DNA from: Heptranchias perlo
Lineage: Eukaryota
Reading direction: 5' to 3'
NCBI RefSeq assembly: GCF_035084215.1
Contig: NC_090338.1
Coordinates: 44,392,001-44,456,000, forward strand
DNA: 64,000 bases
The translations under genes were made by a program, and so were the position numbers. Below are positions 25,592-40,250 of the stretch, in pieces. The notes under the pieces are model-generated. The model searched no databases and was not told the origin of the DNA. It saw only the letters and a program-made list of their open reading frames with translations. Position 1 is the stretch's first letter. Each line of letters opens with the position of its first letter.

Positions 25592-27326
25592 GTTTGTATC
25601 CAGTTGTCAGAATTTTTTAATTTTAGATATGCTTGTAGATTTTTTTTTCTCTTTCTTGCCTGTTGAAGATTCCATCAGGGAGGCTGTGACCTACTTTGTT
25701 TTTTTGTGTATGAATTAGCAGAGGACAAGAATACTAAATCAGTGAAAATTTGATTATATTTTAGTGTTGGAATACTTAATTCATAGTAAAGATGTTGGAA
25801 CTTGCTAACAAGTGTTGTGTTCTGAAGTAGACAGCAGACCTCTACATTTCTGGTTCTGAACAGTCCGACACTTCAAAGCATGGAACAACAACTTGCATTT
25901 ATACAGCACCTTTAACCTTGTAAAACATCCCAAGGTGCTTCACAGGAGCATTATCAAACAAAATTTCACACATTTGTCACATAAGAAGCTTTTGGACAGG
26001 TGACCAAAAGCTAGATCAAAGAGATAGGTGTTAAGGAGCATTAATTAATGGAGGAGAGAGAGGTTTAGGGAGGGAATTCCAGAGTTTAGGGCTTAGGCAG
26101 CTGAAAGCATGGCCACCAATGATGGATTGATTAAAATCGGGAATGCACAAGAGGCCAGAATGAAAAAGTTTTAGCTCCTGTTCTGGTTTGAAACTTAGTC
26201 TGAATCAATTTTTTTAAATGTTTACACTTCTTTACTTTTATTCATTATCTTTACTTTTATTTGACTGGAGAGGTGGGTGTCTCCCTAGTGTCATCAGTGC
26301 CTCTCTATATCAGTTGCTGAGAAGCAAACTTAATGAAACAGAATACATCAATCTGGCAACCTTCCCTTCCGCAAATATTTTTTTCCCCCCTTTAATTTTC
26401 TTCCTTTGTTCCCTCCTGTCCTGAAGGTGGTGATTTGGGATTGGGTACTACCTGCCTTGCCAAAGTAGCAATTTTTAATTTTTCTAGACAGTGAGTAATT
26501 ATAGGCTGTCTAAAGATGGTGGTCATTGTAGCCAAGCCTGATTCTGTCCTTCCACAAGGGTCACTGGATAGTAATCAGGAGTGGAAATCGTTTTGCCCCC
26601 CTTTCCAGGCACAAGCAGTGAGGGCAATTGCCATGCATCCACCTGAAGCTCTTTACTGAGATCATCTAATTCACCATAGACCAGGATTCAACCTGGTGTA
26701 TGATTTATTGCCACATCACGCAGTACATTTACACAGTGAACCATCAGATGAGTCCCACTGGAGAGATTAGATGCTCTACTACTGCTGTAATGATCCTCTC
26801 TTCATGAGCACTGGCCAACCTGGCTTCCGGTTTCCTGGCAGGTTATTCTTGATAGCTCAGTGCTCCTCCCTACTGTTTTTTTCCTCCTCAGAGGCATGTG
26901 CATGTACAGCCTCCATCCATTCTTGCTCACAGTCAAAAAAATAAAACTCAGAGCTGTTTAAAAAGACAAAAACAACTCTTGAGCAATAAGTTTTTTAAAT
27001 GCATATTTTGTGGTGAGTCTTGGTGCAGCCAGAAGAAATATTTCTATATTAAAAACAGTTTGATGTTAATCTCCTCTAAAAAGGAGTCTGAACACTTTCC
27101 TTACAAAGGGAACAACAACCTCCTCTAGTTTCTGGGTATTAAGGCTTGATAATACTGAATAAATAATGAAAGTGGTGTCCAAATGGACATAATGTATGGG
27201 AACCTATTTGTATGGGAACTTATCTATGGATGAGTGGTCATGCTCAGTTATAGGAATGTGAAATTTTGTAAGGTGAAAGCAAAATTACTCCCACTTTACA
27301 GAATATCTTTCCCCATTATTCCACAG

Positions 27327-27433
27327 AGCTAGAGGCACAGGCTAGCCTCCCAGAAGTAAAACGATCTACCCTCTCCAGAGAATTCATTGACTATGTGCGG
27401 CATATGATTGAGAACTACAAGGACAATTACAAG
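27327..27433 (+). CDS. NOP16: NOP16 exon 4
   Basis: CCACAG acceptor; LEAQASLPEVKRSTLSREFIDYVRHMIENYKDNYK; AAG|GTATGA donor; 107 nt. Confidence 0.93.
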
Positions 27434-29877
27434 GTATGAAATATCCAGAAATCCCTGAACAGTTTCACGCAACATTGTTCAGCTTTCAGAAGATAGACTT
27501 GGCAGGATACAAATCTGACCAACAAAATATTTAAACAATTGTTTATTGGATAGTCTTCTAATATGTGGAGGAGAATAGTTGCTGTATTTAACTAAATTAG
27601 AACTACATTTCTTATTAAAACAAACAAAATAGAAACTAAAGATAGATAAGTCTAAAACTAAAGTTATTTCTAGGACTAGAACAGTCAATAGTTGTCCACA
27701 ATTTTTGGAACAACTCTGTTGTCATTCATGCACCAGTTTATTATTTTTCAGCATTACTTGTGGCCTTATAAGTTGTATAAGAAATGAAACAATTGATATT
27801 TTGCAAAAATAGGCTGATAAAGTTAGAATGCAAGTGTGAGGCATTAGTGTTTTACGGTACTTATATTTTTTTGAATTTTACAATGTTAGATTGTGATATT
27901 TGGCAATATTCAATAGCCAGATAGATGCCAGGAATTCAGTAAAACATACTAGTGAGTATGGCCAACCTGGGTGAGTACTGCCTGACAGTGCACATCACTC
28001 CTGCTTTTGCAGGTGAGTCTTTTCAGAAATAGAAACATTTTAACTAAATTGTATCATAGAAAACTTTTTAAAACGAGGATTTAACTGAAATTTAGTTTTG
28101 TATTCTCCGACAATTATATTAATAACAATTGCTCTGCAAGTATCACCACTTTTTCTTTAATACAGAATTTAAACATTGATGAGACTATTGACATCCGTTC
28201 CATTCTGGCTGCCTAGTTACAATGGTTGCCATAGTTGTCTCCAGCACTTGTAACATTATTAGATTATTATTCCCTCCACTCTGCACTATTTCTATTAACT
28301 TCAACTTTGAAATATTTTAAGAAAAAAATTGTGTGTATAGCACTGATCTTTCACCAGTGATGGCAGGTTCTGCAGCGTGCTACAATTAACACAGAAGTGA
28401 GTTGCAATAAAAGTGCATTGGGCTACCTGCTGTTCCCTTTCATTCCCACTTTAAATGCATGTTGACAACACTGAAGAAGTCTGTGCTTGTGTTGTATGGC
28501 TCGATAGAACAGGGTCCTTTAACTGTTAACCTTACTCCATCCTCATTAAACATCCGGTGTTTTTCTTGTAATAGTCAGTAACAGTTGAAAGTTCAAGTAT
28601 ATTGGGCAGAAAATTTAGTTAACCAGAAAATGTGTTAATCATTCTAAAGCTCATTAACCAACCCTATTGAGTACTATAACCCCACCATAAGTAATGTATC
28701 ATTTTATTTTCATTTAAAATAAAAAAATGTACAAAACTAAAATATCCTTAAAGCTTATTTAGCACTGTAGTATTTGTACAATAGCAAAATTAAAGAACAA
28801 TGCAGTGAAATTTACATGCCCTCTAATCCTAAATGTTATAAAGGGAAATATTTTCACTTACTGGTGTTTCTCTCTTGTCCCTTGTTAGAATTTTACTTAA
28901 GACCTGGAAAATCTAGGGAGAGTAGTCATTATTCAAAGTAATCCCCTTTTTAATGGAAGAAAATTATAAACTCGCCTTGAAATATATATTTTTCTTTGCT
29001 GAATGTCATTTTCCTGCAGACACAAATAAGTATGGTCTCCTTCCCTGCTAGGTCACTCTGGTGATATCGATGATGGGAAGCAAGCCGAGCATTTTCGTTA
29101 CAGCGGTGAGGTGTGACTTCAAACCAGCCTGGAGTCGACCTTGGTTCAGTTTGAAGTTACACTCCCATGCTGCTGCTTAGAGAAAAACCCTGTGTAGCAG
29201 CCCAGGGAACTGTCCTTTTTATAGCATGAGAAAAGGAAAATGTTAAAATGTACATTGGAGGGAAGAGTGGCAAGAATGGTCCCAAGTGTAAAGTGACTGA
29301 ACAATGAGGAAAGATCAGAGAAGTCAGGGGGTGATTAGGGAGGGGGGGGGAACCCAATTTTGAGGTATAAAATTATTACATGTTTTAGATAAAGTAAACT
29401 AGGAATATTAGACTAGTAGGACCAAAAGATTTAAATTTGAATTGGTAAAAAGTAAATTTAGACAGGTTTCATTTAACTCAAAAGGTCATAAATCTTTGCA
29501 ATAATCTGCCAGGCAGGGTATTATAGACATTAGAGGCATCTAAATTCCTTTGGTTGGCAGACTTGGGGAATTAAGGCAAGTTTTGACGAGTCAAATTTTC
29601 TCATCCCTAAATGCTCTTCAGTCAACAGCCAATTCATCTCACTGGGGGAGGGCAAGGATCATTACTGCTAAATCTAATCCTGTCCTCGTAGGAATTGGGA
29701 GCAGGAACCCTGGCCAATTTCCTGTACTCTCTGCAGCGGTTATACCTCACTGAAGCTGCAGCTCAGATCACTTCAGTACAATGCCATACTGTTTATGTAC
29801 TGATTCACAATCACAATTTAATAAGTTATTTTGAAATATAGAGCCATTGAACATGTGCTTTACATTTTTCCATTTAG

Positions 29878-30018
29878 GCAATGGCAAGAGATGAGATGAA
29901 CTATTACCAGGACACACCACATCAGATCAAGAAAAAAATTGAATCTTACAAACGTTTTTATCCAAGTGAATACAATGTTTTGGTTTCTTCTTTGCATGAA
30001 AAGATGGATGCATCATGA
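29878..30018 (+). CDS. NOP16: NOP16 exon 5 (stop)
   Basis: CATTTAG acceptor; AMARDEMNYYQDTPHQIKKKIESYKRFYPSEYNVLVSSLHEKMDAS*, with the conserved AMARDxxNYYQDT motif. Total 177 aa. Confidence 0.93.
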   Translation, partial: AMARDEMNYYQDTPHQIKKKIESYKRFYPSEYNVLVSSLHEKMDAS

Positions 30019-30394
30019 TGGATTTGTTTTTTTAAAAAAAACAGGCTACAGTACTGAACAATTACACTGTCAGCCTCCAGATCTGTGTTTCTTCTATATT
30101 TCCATTCTTGCATACCATTACATTTTGCAAAGTACAAAAGTTCTATCCTGTATGCTGCCCTATTGTAAGTTTTGAAGGACAACAGCTATTTGTGAATTTC
30201 TACTCTAGAAGTGAATGGAATGGCCTGCTAGTTATCATTGAAATTGTGATCTAAACTCTGCTTTTTGCTGAAGCTTGAATGCTGTGTTCAAAAGTAACTA
30301 TATTAGTTTGATGTGACTATCCTTTGAGGTTTATAAATGCAAAATGTAATACTTTTCATTTTGATAGTTGTTTGCCAGCAGTATCTAAAACTAT

Positions 30395-30400
30395 AATAAA
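30395..30400 (+). promoter_or_regulatory. Probable NOP16 polyadenylation signal
   Basis: AATAAA ~375 nt after the NOP16 stop, followed by T/GT-rich sequence. Confidence 0.55.
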
Positions 30401-32524
30401 ATACAAGTATTTTATAGCAATATTTGGGTAGCTTTTACATTTATTAGCAGAAACTTTACCTCCACATGTGCCTGTGCTATACCTGACCTGCTGGTGCTTG
30501 ACATTGACACTAGCTGCCAAAAATGGGGGGAAAGTGTTCCATTTCCCAGCTCGCCTATCATTAAATCTTAAACTACTTGAACTTTAGTTTGAAGTTTACC
30601 ATTTTTAAAGTCAATTTCATGTCTCCATTCTTTCCAAGAGATGATCTGCAGTTGATTTTGCAAAACAAAAGTAACAAACCTGCTTAAACCAGTACCATAA
30701 ATCCTGTACTAGCATTGAATATCAGGATCAGTTTAGTAAAAATAAGCACAATTTAACACACAGCCTGAAGTGCACTGTCTTTTGGAAGCATGTTAAAATT
30801 GAGAATGTCAACTCATTTAAATAGAATGGGTAGTTATTTTTATTTTGATCCAGCAACACAAGAACATATTCCATTTATAGATACTTAATATCTCAAATGC
30901 AATGTCAAAAATTAGTAGGAAACCCAACTTCTGTTTTAATAGTCATTAATTACAAATAATTATTTTACAAGCAAATACTTTATTACACATTGTTTCCTCA
31001 ATTTGCAGCACTTCCATAATTGAAATACTTCATTACCTTAACTGCTTTAAAAAAATCTTCCTCCAGGATCTATTCTGCAATAATAAAGTAAGCAATTTAT
31101 GTCAACTCCTGATCAATGATGGTGCCAGAATGTTTCATCAAACCGAAAGCCAACTCCTTTGTTCGCTCTCGCCTCTCATCTTTTATTATTACCATTGTAT
31201 AAGCCAGATTTCTGAAATTTACCCCTCTTATTTACAGTTTTTCTCTAGCAACAAGCTTGTCAACACTCTCTTCGTTGATTCTCCCAAACAATGACCTAAA
31301 CAACTCCATTGCATTCCCCCTTAAATTTTGGATACCATAATCAGCTATGATAAATACAAAACAGCCTCTTTCTCCTGCATTTTCCTTCCCTCTCTTTCGC
31401 TTCCCTGACCCTCCCCACCTACCTGCAAAGAATTGTACAATCTCAGCATCTAAGCTGAAATGAGGACAGCTGCACAAAGTTTGAGTATTGTAGCACAAAA
31501 TTAATTTTGATTCACTAGTTTGAAAGTGAGATGGCTTTTGTTTTGTAAAACAAATGGTTTCTGCCGTACTGCCTCAATTTCTGCAATCTGGAAAATTGGT
31601 AGCAATTTTGAGTGAAATTGAAAGTAATAGCAAGTTAGTGACAATTCTATTCAATTTGCCTGCTAGTTCCAAAATTTTATTTAAAATAAATAAAATCTTT
31701 CCATGTGATCTGTACATAAACATCTAAAATCTACAACGTTTGAACAAATGTGTGTATGAATAACAATAGTTTAGAAATTTGAATATGACAAATAGAACCA
31801 CTAGAATTGCATAATTGCACCAATTTCAAATTCTCATCCCAATATCTTTAGAATAATTGTGGAAAATTTGTAAGAAGCTAAATAAAAATGAATAAGTATA
31901 GAATTTTCCATTTAATCATGCCTATTAAAACTAAGGAAATAAAAGTAATATAGCTGTCACAAAATGACTACAGTGTAACAATTTAAGTTTTTATGGTGTA
32001 GATGAATGGAAAACCTTTTTAAAAGCATTTGAAGTTGTAAAAAAAAGTCTGCTATTAACATCATCTGGTTGTATAGTTTTAGTAACTTTTACAATTTAGT
32101 GCCAAAAAAAATTCATGAAGCTGGTGTAGCTTTTATAATTTATCTGGAGTAAAGAAGCATCAGATAATGCAAAACACAAACTGTTAAACCAATGAATAGT
32201 CTGCTGGTGCTGTGGCAAACTTGAATCCATGTTTAACAATTTCTGTCACAGCAAAATTAACAAGTTCCAAATGAGGCTTGATGTAATCGTTCCTAATCTA
32301 GAAATGTTCAGTATCAGGCTGAACCAGGGCTATTCTACCTCTCGCCTCTACTCATGCCTCAATGGAAATTCTGAAGCAAGACCTAAACACAATGGAGTAC
32401 AAGTCTCCAGCATCCGATTACCTTGTGTTCTAAATTAATGCTTTTTCTTCCACTTTTCAACACTTTTAAAATCCATTCTTTGCCTTTACTCTACTTCAGG
32501 TGAATGTACCATCATACCCCATAT

Positions 32525-34262
32525 TGATACTACAGCACAGAAGGAGGGTGTTTGGCCCATTGTGCCTTTGCCGGCTCTTTAGTCAGAGCTATCCAATTAG
32601 TTCCACTCCCCTGCTCTTTCCCCATAGCCCTGTAATTATTTTCCCTTCAAGTATTTATCCAATTCCCTTTTGAAAGTTATTATTGAATCTGCTTCCACCA
32701 TCCTTTCAGGCAGTACATTCCAGATCATCATAACTCACTGCATTAAAAAAAATGTTTCTCGTATCGCCTCTGGTTCTTTTGCCTTAAATCTGTGTCCTCT
32801 GGTTACCCGACCCTTCGGACACTGGAAACGGTTTCTCCTTATTTACTCTTATCAATGCCGTTCATGATTTTGAACATCTCTATCAAATCTCCTCTTAACC
32901 TTCTCTGTTCCAAGGAGAACAACCCCAGCTTCTCCAGTCTCTTCACATAACTGAAGTCCCTCATCCCTGGTACCATTCTAGTCAATCTCCTTTGCACCCT
33001 CTCTAAGGCTTTGACATCCTTCTTAAAGTGTGGTGCCCAGAATTGGACACAATACTCCAGCTGAAGCCTAACCAGTGTTTTATGAAGGTTTAGCATAACT
33101 TCCTTGCTTTTGTACTCTATGCCTCTGTATAAAGCCCAGGATCCCACATGCTTTTTTTAATAGCCGCCTTAACTTGTCCTGCCACCTTCAAAGATTTCTG
33201 TACATATACTCCCAGGTCTCTCTGTTCCTGCACCCCTTTAAAATTGTACAATTTAGTTTATGTTGCCTCCTCATTCTTCCTACCAAAATGTATCACTTCA
33301 CACTTCTCCACATTAAATTGCATCTGCCATGTGTCTGCCCATTTCACCACTCAGTCCATGTCCTCCTGAAGTCTCTTACTATCCTCCACGTTTACTACAT
33401 TTCCGTGTTTCGTGCCATTTGCAAATTTTGAAATTATACCCTCTATACCCAAGTCCAGGTCATTAATATATATCAAAAAAAGTAGCAGTCCTAATACTGC
33501 CCACTGGGGAACACCACCTCCAGTCTGAAAAACAACCATTCACCACTACTCTGCTTTCTGTCCCTTAGCCAATTTTGTATCTATGCTGCCACTGTCCCTT
33601 TAATCCCATGGGCTTTAATTTTGTTAGCAAAGGGTAATGGTGGATGGGTGTTTTTGTGACAGGGCTCAGTACTAGTTCCATTGCTTTTTGTACTATATAT
33701 CAATGATTTAGACTTAAATGTAGGGGGCGTGATTAAGAAGTTTGCAGACGATACAAAAGTTGGCCGTGTGGTTGATAGTGAGGAATAAAGCAGGAAGATA
33801 TCAATGGACTGGTCAGGTGGGCAGAAAAGTGGCAAATGGAATTCAATCCAGAGAAGTGTGAGGTAATGCATTTGGGGAGGGCAAACAAGGCAAGGGAATA
33901 CAGAATAAATGGTAGGATACTGAGAACTGTAGAGGAACAGAGGGACCTTGGAGTGCATGTCCACAGATCCCTAAAGGTAGCAGGACGGGTAGATAAGGTA
34001 GTTAAGAAGGCATACAGGATACTTTCCTTTATTAGCCAAGGCATAGAATATTAGAGCAGGGAGGTTATGCTGGAACTGTATAAAACACTAGTTAGGCCAC
34101 AGCTAGAATACTGTGTACAGTTCTGGTCACCACATTACAGGAAAGATGTGATTGCACTAGAGAGGGTACAGAGAAGATTTACGAGGATGTTGCCAGGACT
34201 GGAGAATTTTCGCTCTGAATAAAGATTGGATAGGCTGGGGTTGTTTTCTTCGGAACAGAGGA
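32525..34262. mobile_element. Two CR1 copies head-to-head (32525-33625 minus; 33626-34262 plus)
   Basis: Both carry QGSVL/YINDLD/FADD-like and LVRPxLEYCVQFW motifs, in opposite orientation. Confidence 0.85.
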
Positions 34263-34703
34263 GGTACGCAGCCTCATTAAAATATTTAAATTATGGACCT
34301 GCCACTCGAGTGCAGGTTACTCATCCACCTCCAGTAAAACCGGAAGTGGATGGGTTTCTGATTTTTGACATTTTAACCCCACTCCCGGCAGTCCTGGGGG
34401 CTTAAAATTCCCTCCCTTATATCTGACATTAGGGTTGTCAAAAATGTAACATGTATTCAAGGGTGCTGAAACACACTTGCTACGGAAGGTAGTCCTTGCA
34501 TTCAAGGACTTTGATCTAAAAAAAATATTTTTTTTAAATTCTGCATATTAGTACTTAATTTCTTGCAAAGGTAAATCCATTGATTTATTTTTCCTGATCT
34601 GGCTGAATAAATTATGGAAAGACAGATGAATTACGGGTACACATTATAGTATTATCCAGTAAGTAAATTTCTAACAACCCTCCAGAAACATAGTGATGTC
34701 TGC

Positions 34704-34883
34704 TCAGACTTTCTGAGAGATCAATTGTGTGATAAGTTCCTTAACGTCATGAATACTTTTAGGGATCTCTGTTCCATCCTCTGTGATATTAGTAGCCATG
34801 AGGAAAAGCTTTCTTTCATAATTCACATCATGGAGTAGGAGCTTTCTATGAAGATCAGAAATATTAAGAGCCCCATCAAGGTC
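34704..34883 (-). CDS. ARL10: ARL10 exon 4 (stop)
   Basis: CATAG acceptor; DLDGALNISDLHRKLLLHDVNYERKLFLMATNITEDGTEIPKSIHDVKELITQLISQKV*; completes NKQD. Total 219 aa. AATAAA on the minus strand at 34584-34589. Confidence 0.88.
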   Translation of the reverse strand, partial: DLDGALNISDLHRKLLLHDVNYERKLFLMATNITEDGTEIPKSIHDVKELITQLISQKV

Positions 34884-35071
34884 CTATGTGAGCAAAATTA
34901 ATACAACTATTGAAATAATGGGTACAAATAAAAAATTACTTTTTACCAAAATACAGAACAAACTACACATCCTACAAACATTCATATTGTGCTTCCCAGA
35001 GTGGTGGCACATCTTTAACTTAATTTGAACCTAGAAATAGTGGCAATGATACCACAATAAATTAACATTAT

Positions 35072-35603
35072 GGCCTAAATTTTAACATGGAGCCAGGAAG
35101 ATGGCGGGGGAGAATTCCTGATGGGAAACCTGGAAGTACAGGCTGGCCTCGGTCGGACAGGAGAAGAGGAAGGAAACGGATGCGAGAAGGTAAGTCTTAG
35201 ATTGGGGGGAGAGGGGGTGGTGGGAGATCGTTTTGGGTGGGTTCACTGCAGGTAGCCTCGTTGGGCTTGGGGGAAACACTCCTGCTCTTCCTGGCCCACA
35301 AGCTATTCTATAAAGGCATTCACCTGTTTTGGGCCTTTTCGCCACCTCTCACGTGGCATGAAGCAGAAGGCCCGGAAATCCTGGCCCCCAGGGGTTTAAA
35401 ACAAAAAAGCTATAAAAATGCACCCCGGTAGCCTCCTTGAAAGCTTTTAGTGACCGACCTGCCTCCTAAGAGCGGGTTGGTCGCTTGCCCATCCTCTTGC
35501 CTCCATTAAAACCGGAAATGGGCAGGTTTTCGATTTTTAAAATTTTTACTGCCCCCCACCCCCATCCCCAACCCACCCGTTTTTCAGAGTTAAAATTTAG
35601 AGC
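35072..35603. mobile_element. Non-autonomous DNA transposon (MITE, PIF/Harbinger-like)
   Basis: Terminal inverted repeats CTAAATTTTAAC / GTTAAAATTTAG; TAT on both flanks (3-bp TSD-like); GC-rich interior. Confidence 0.6.
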
Positions 35604-36049
35604 TATTTGTATCATTAGCTTGCTCAATAAAAATTTTCAACATTTTCACAATATAATGTACAGACAGACTTATAATTAGCATTTTTATCAATTTAACTTG
35701 TGATGTCAAAAATGAAATATTTTATTGTATCCCATTGTTTGATAATTCCTTTTTTGCTTGTTTTAGATTCATTTCATTGTCTTCAATAGGATGTATGTCA
35801 TTTCCAGGCTTTGCCCCAATATTTTCTTGAGCCGACTAATAGGTGTGCTGGAATAACTCAAGTTAACTTCCCATTCCCCTATTTTCCCTCACTATGGGAA
35901 GCACAGATAGGTAGAAATTGCTTTCAGTGATATTATCATATGAACCTTTAATGCACTCATCCCAAATTCCTCTCTTCACTAACTCAGCCATTATTTGGTT
36001 TACTCAGTTTCTGTTCAGTCCCCACCCCAAAATTACACATTTGTAATCA

Positions 36050-37120
36050 GAACAGCAACAACAACTTACATTTATACATCTTTGATGTAGATAAACATCC
36101 CATGGCATTTCATAGAGAAGTAAGATTTTTTTTAAAATGAATACCAAACCTAAGAAGATGATATTGGGAGAGGTGACCAAAAGCTTGGTCAAAGAGGTGG
36201 ATTTTAAGGAGGGTCTTAAAGTAGGAAAGAGAGGTGGAGAGGTTTGGGGGAGAATTTCAGAACATGGAGCCAAAGTGGCTGAAGGCAAAGTTAACAATGA
36301 TGGGGTGAAGGAACGAGGGATGCACAAGAAGCCAGTGTCCGAGGAACAGAGTGCAGGGGAACTGTCAGTGCTGAAAGAGACAACAGAGGTAGGAAGGAGC
36401 AATACCATGAATTCGTTTAAACACAAGAATTAGAATTTTAAATTTGAGGTGTTGGGGAATAGGAGATAATACAGGTCAGTGAGGACAGGGGTGACGGGTG
36501 AGTGGTGTGAGATGGAATCCGGCACCTGTTTTTGGATGAGCTGTTGTTTATGGAGGATGGGAGGCCAGCCAGGAGAGCATTGAAATAATCAAGTCTGGAA
36601 TTAACAAAGCCATAAATGCTTTCAATGGCACATGGGCAGATGCAGGCAATACCACAGAGGTATTGTAGGCAGTCTTTGTGATGGAGAAGCTCAGTTCAGG
36701 GTCGAATAGGACATCATAGTTGTGAACAGATTGGCTCTGTCCATGACAGTGGCTGGACAGGGGATGTAGTCCGTGGCAATGGTAAGGAATTTACGGCAGG
36801 AGCTGAAGCCAATGGCTTTGGTCTTCCCAGTGCTTAGACGGAGAAACCAGCGGCTCATCCAATACTGGATGTCAGACAGTCTGATAGCACAGAGGCAGTG
36901 GAGGATTTAAGAGCCATGGTGAAGAGGCGGAGTTGGGTATCAGTATGCATGTGGAAGCTGACTTCATGTCTGTGGATGATGTTGCAAGGGGCAGCATGTA
37001 GATGAGGATGGGGCCAAGGATGGAATCTTGGAGGTCTCCCAATGAAATGGGATAAGAGAAGAAGCCAATGCTAGAGATGCTCTGGCTGCTATTGGGTAGG
37101 TAAAAGTGAAACCAAGCAAG
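36050..37120 (-). mobile_element. L2 LINE 3' fragment
   Basis: (CAA)n-CTTACATTTATA L2 tail; degenerate ILGPILIYMLPL RT remnant. Confidence 0.75.
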
Positions 37121-38285
37121 GGCAGGCTTTGAAGTAGAATGCATGCTATTTGGGGAATGACAGACAAAACTGCACCATTGCTATAGTTTTTGTATTAAAA
37201 TCTTCACAACATCCAATAGTTCAAAATATTTCCACAATCTAAATGATTTGTAGACATTACCCAGACAATTTAATCAAAAGTAAAAAAAAAGCACCCAGGA
37301 TCATAGTAGTTAAGATGTTCTTTTCATGAACCTGTGATTGTGGATTTGAGTCTCAGGGCTGTCTGTCATTAGAATAAACCAGCCACAAATTTATTACATT
37401 TAATAGATTCTCAGCTGGAATGCCACATGAATCATCCAGGGAATGAAAACTTGAGGAGAGATTGAGTAGAATGGGCCTATATTCTCTGGAGTTTAGGAGG
37501 TTGAGAGGTGATCTCATTGAAACGTATAAGATTCTCAGGGGGCTTGACAGGGTAGATGCTGAGAGGCTGTTTCCCCTGGCTGGAAAGTCTAGAACTAGAG
37601 GTTATAGTCTCAAGATAAGCGGTCAGCCATTTAGGACCGAGATGAGGAAGAATTTCTTCATTCAGAGGATTGTGAATCTTTGGAATTCTCTACCCCAGAG
37701 GGTTGTGGATGCTCAGTGGTTGAGTATATTTAATTGTAAACAATTTTACAACACCAAGTTATAGTCCAGCAATTTTATTTTAAATTCACAAGCTTTCGGA
37801 GGCTTCCTCCTTCCTCAGGTGAACGTTGTTGGAAATGAAATCCTCGAAATGAAATCGCATTTATAAATCACAGAACAATGCTTGGTGATTACAGACAGCT
37901 TTTTCAACTGCCCGTTGCCAAGGCAATCAGTGTGCAGACAGACAGGTGTTACCTACAAGGTCTCCGAATATACAAATCACCAAAAAAAAACAAAAAAAAA
38001 ACAGAGATAGAGAGGTAGAAACATAGAAAAGACAGCAACTGACCCGTTATATTAAAAACAGATAACAATTGTTTGCTGGTGGGGTAACGTGTAGCGTGAC
38101 ATGAACCCAAGATCCCGGTTGAGGCCGTCCTCATGGGTGCGGAACTTGTCTATCAATTTCTGCTAGACGATTTTGCGTTGTCGTGTGTCTCGAAGGCCGC
38201 CTTGGAGTACGCTTACCCGAAGGTCGGTGGCTGAATGTCCTTGACTGCTGAAGTGTTCCCCGACTGGGAGGGAACCCTCCTGTTT

Positions 38286-38670
38286 CATAGAATCATAGAA
38301 TCATAGAAGTTACAACATGGAAACAGGCCCTTCGGCCCAACATGTCCATGTCGCCCAGTTTATACCACTAAGCTAGTCCCAATTGCCTGCACTTGGCCCA
38401 TATCCCTCTATACCCATCTTACCCATGTAACTGTCCAAATGCTTTTTAAAAGACAAAATTGTACCCGCCTCTACTACTGCCTCTGGCAGCTCGTTCCAGA
38501 CACTCACCACCCTTTGAGTGAAAAAATTGCCCCTCTGGACCCTTTTGTATCTCTCCCCTCTCACCTTAAATCTGTGCCCCCTCGTTATAGACTCCCCTAC
38601 CTTTGGGAAAAGATTTTGACTATCGACCTTATCTATGCCCCTCATTATTTTATAGACTTCTATAAGATCA
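38286..38670 (-). mobile_element. CR1 3' end (same young subfamily as 12912-15155) inside the PLE composite
   Basis: Nearly identical to 14777-15155; (TTCTATGA)n tail. Confidence 0.92.
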
Positions 38671-38885
38671 TCGTGGGGGATACTGGTGTATAGTGCCGAG
38701 ACGTCCATCGTGGTGAGAAGTGTTCCTGGTTCAACTGGTCCGTGGGTGCTGAGTTTTTGTAGGAAGTCTGTAGTGTCGCGACAGAAGCTGGGGGTTCCCT
38801 GTACGATGGGTTTCAGGATGCCCTCGATGTATCCAGAGAGGTTCTCACACAGGGTTCCGTTGCCTGATACGATAGGCATCGCTGC

Positions 38886-40250
38886 GATGACGGCATCGCT
38901 GCGACAGCATCAATACTCAACACCAACAACAGCCAATCTCCAGTCGCCATCCTACAACTCATCCGCTTCATCCTGGATCACAATGTCTTCACCTTCGATA
39001 ACCAGTTCTTTACCCAAACACACGGAACAGCCATGGGGACCAAATTCGCACCCCAATACGCCAACATTTTCATCCACAAGTTCGAGCAGGACTTCTTCAC
39101 TGCACAGGACCTCCAACCAACACTATACACCAGATACATCGACAAAATTTTCTTTCTATGGACCCACGGCGAGGAATCACTAAAGAGACTACACGATAAC
39201 ATCAACAAGTTCCATCCCACCATCAAGCTCACCATGGACTACTCCTCAGAATCAGTTTCTTTCTTGGACACACGAATCTCCATTAAAGACGGGCACCTCA
39301 GCACCTCACTCTACCGCAAGCCCACGGACAACCTCACGATGCTCCACTTTTCCAGCTTCCACCCTAACCACGTCAAAGAGGCCATCCCCTATGGACAGGC
39401 CCTGCGAATACACAGGGTCTGCTCAGACGAGGAGGAATGCGATGGACACCTACAGACGCTGAAAGACGCCCTAGTTAGAACGGGATATGCCGCTCGACTC
39501 ATTGATCGACAGTTCCGACGGGCCACAGCGAAAAATCGCATAGACCTCCTCAGGAGACTAACACGGGACGCAACCAACAGCGTACCCTTTGTCGTTCAGT
39601 ACTTCCCCGGAGCGGAGAAACTACACCATGTTCTCCGCAGCCTTCAACATGTCATCAATGACGACGAACACCTCGCTATGGCCATCCCCACACCTCCACT
39701 ACTCGCCTTTAAACAGCCACGCAACCTCAAACAGACCATCGTTCGCAGCAAATTACCTAGCTTTCAAGAGAACAGCGTCCACGACACCACACAACCCTGC
39801 CACGGTAACCTCTGCAAGACATGCCAGATCATCGACACAGATACCACCATCACATGAGAGGACACCACCCACCAGGTGCATGGTTCATACTCCTGTGACT
39901 CGGCCAACGTTGTCTACCTCATACGTTGCAGGAAAGGATGCCCCAGAGCATGGTACATTGGCGAGACCATGCAGACGCTGCGACAACGGATGAACGGACA
40001 CCGCGCAACAATCACCAAACAGGAGGGTTCCCTCCCAGTTGGGGAACACTTCAGCAGTCAAGGACATTCAGCCACCGACCTTCGGGTAAGCGTACTCCAA
40101 GGCGGCCTTCGAGACACACGACAACGCAAAATCGTTGAGCAGAAATTGATAGCCAAGTTCCGCACCCATGAGGACGGCCTCAACCGGGATCTTGGGTTCG
40201 TGTCACGCTACACGTTACCCCACCAGCGAACAAATGTTATCTGTTTTTAA
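38886..40250 (+). pseudogene. PLE RT + Cys linker + GIY-YIG endonuclease ORF, 5'-truncated and disabled
   Basis: GTAMGTKFAPQYANIF, YTRYIDK (YIDD altered), HPTIKLT, SFLD, LYRKPTD; linker PCHGNLCKTC; NVVYLIRC..C..WYIGET; internal TGA at 39855-39857. Confidence 0.9.

Noticed and set aside
32525-34262. Head-to-head CR1 pair as a twin-priming inversion
   Set aside because: The two copies cover the same RT region and differ substantially, so they are independent insertions.
38373-38879. 168-aa minus-strand ORF
   Set aside because: Chance in-frame fusion of an inverted PLE RT fragment and a CR1 C-terminus; not a host gene.
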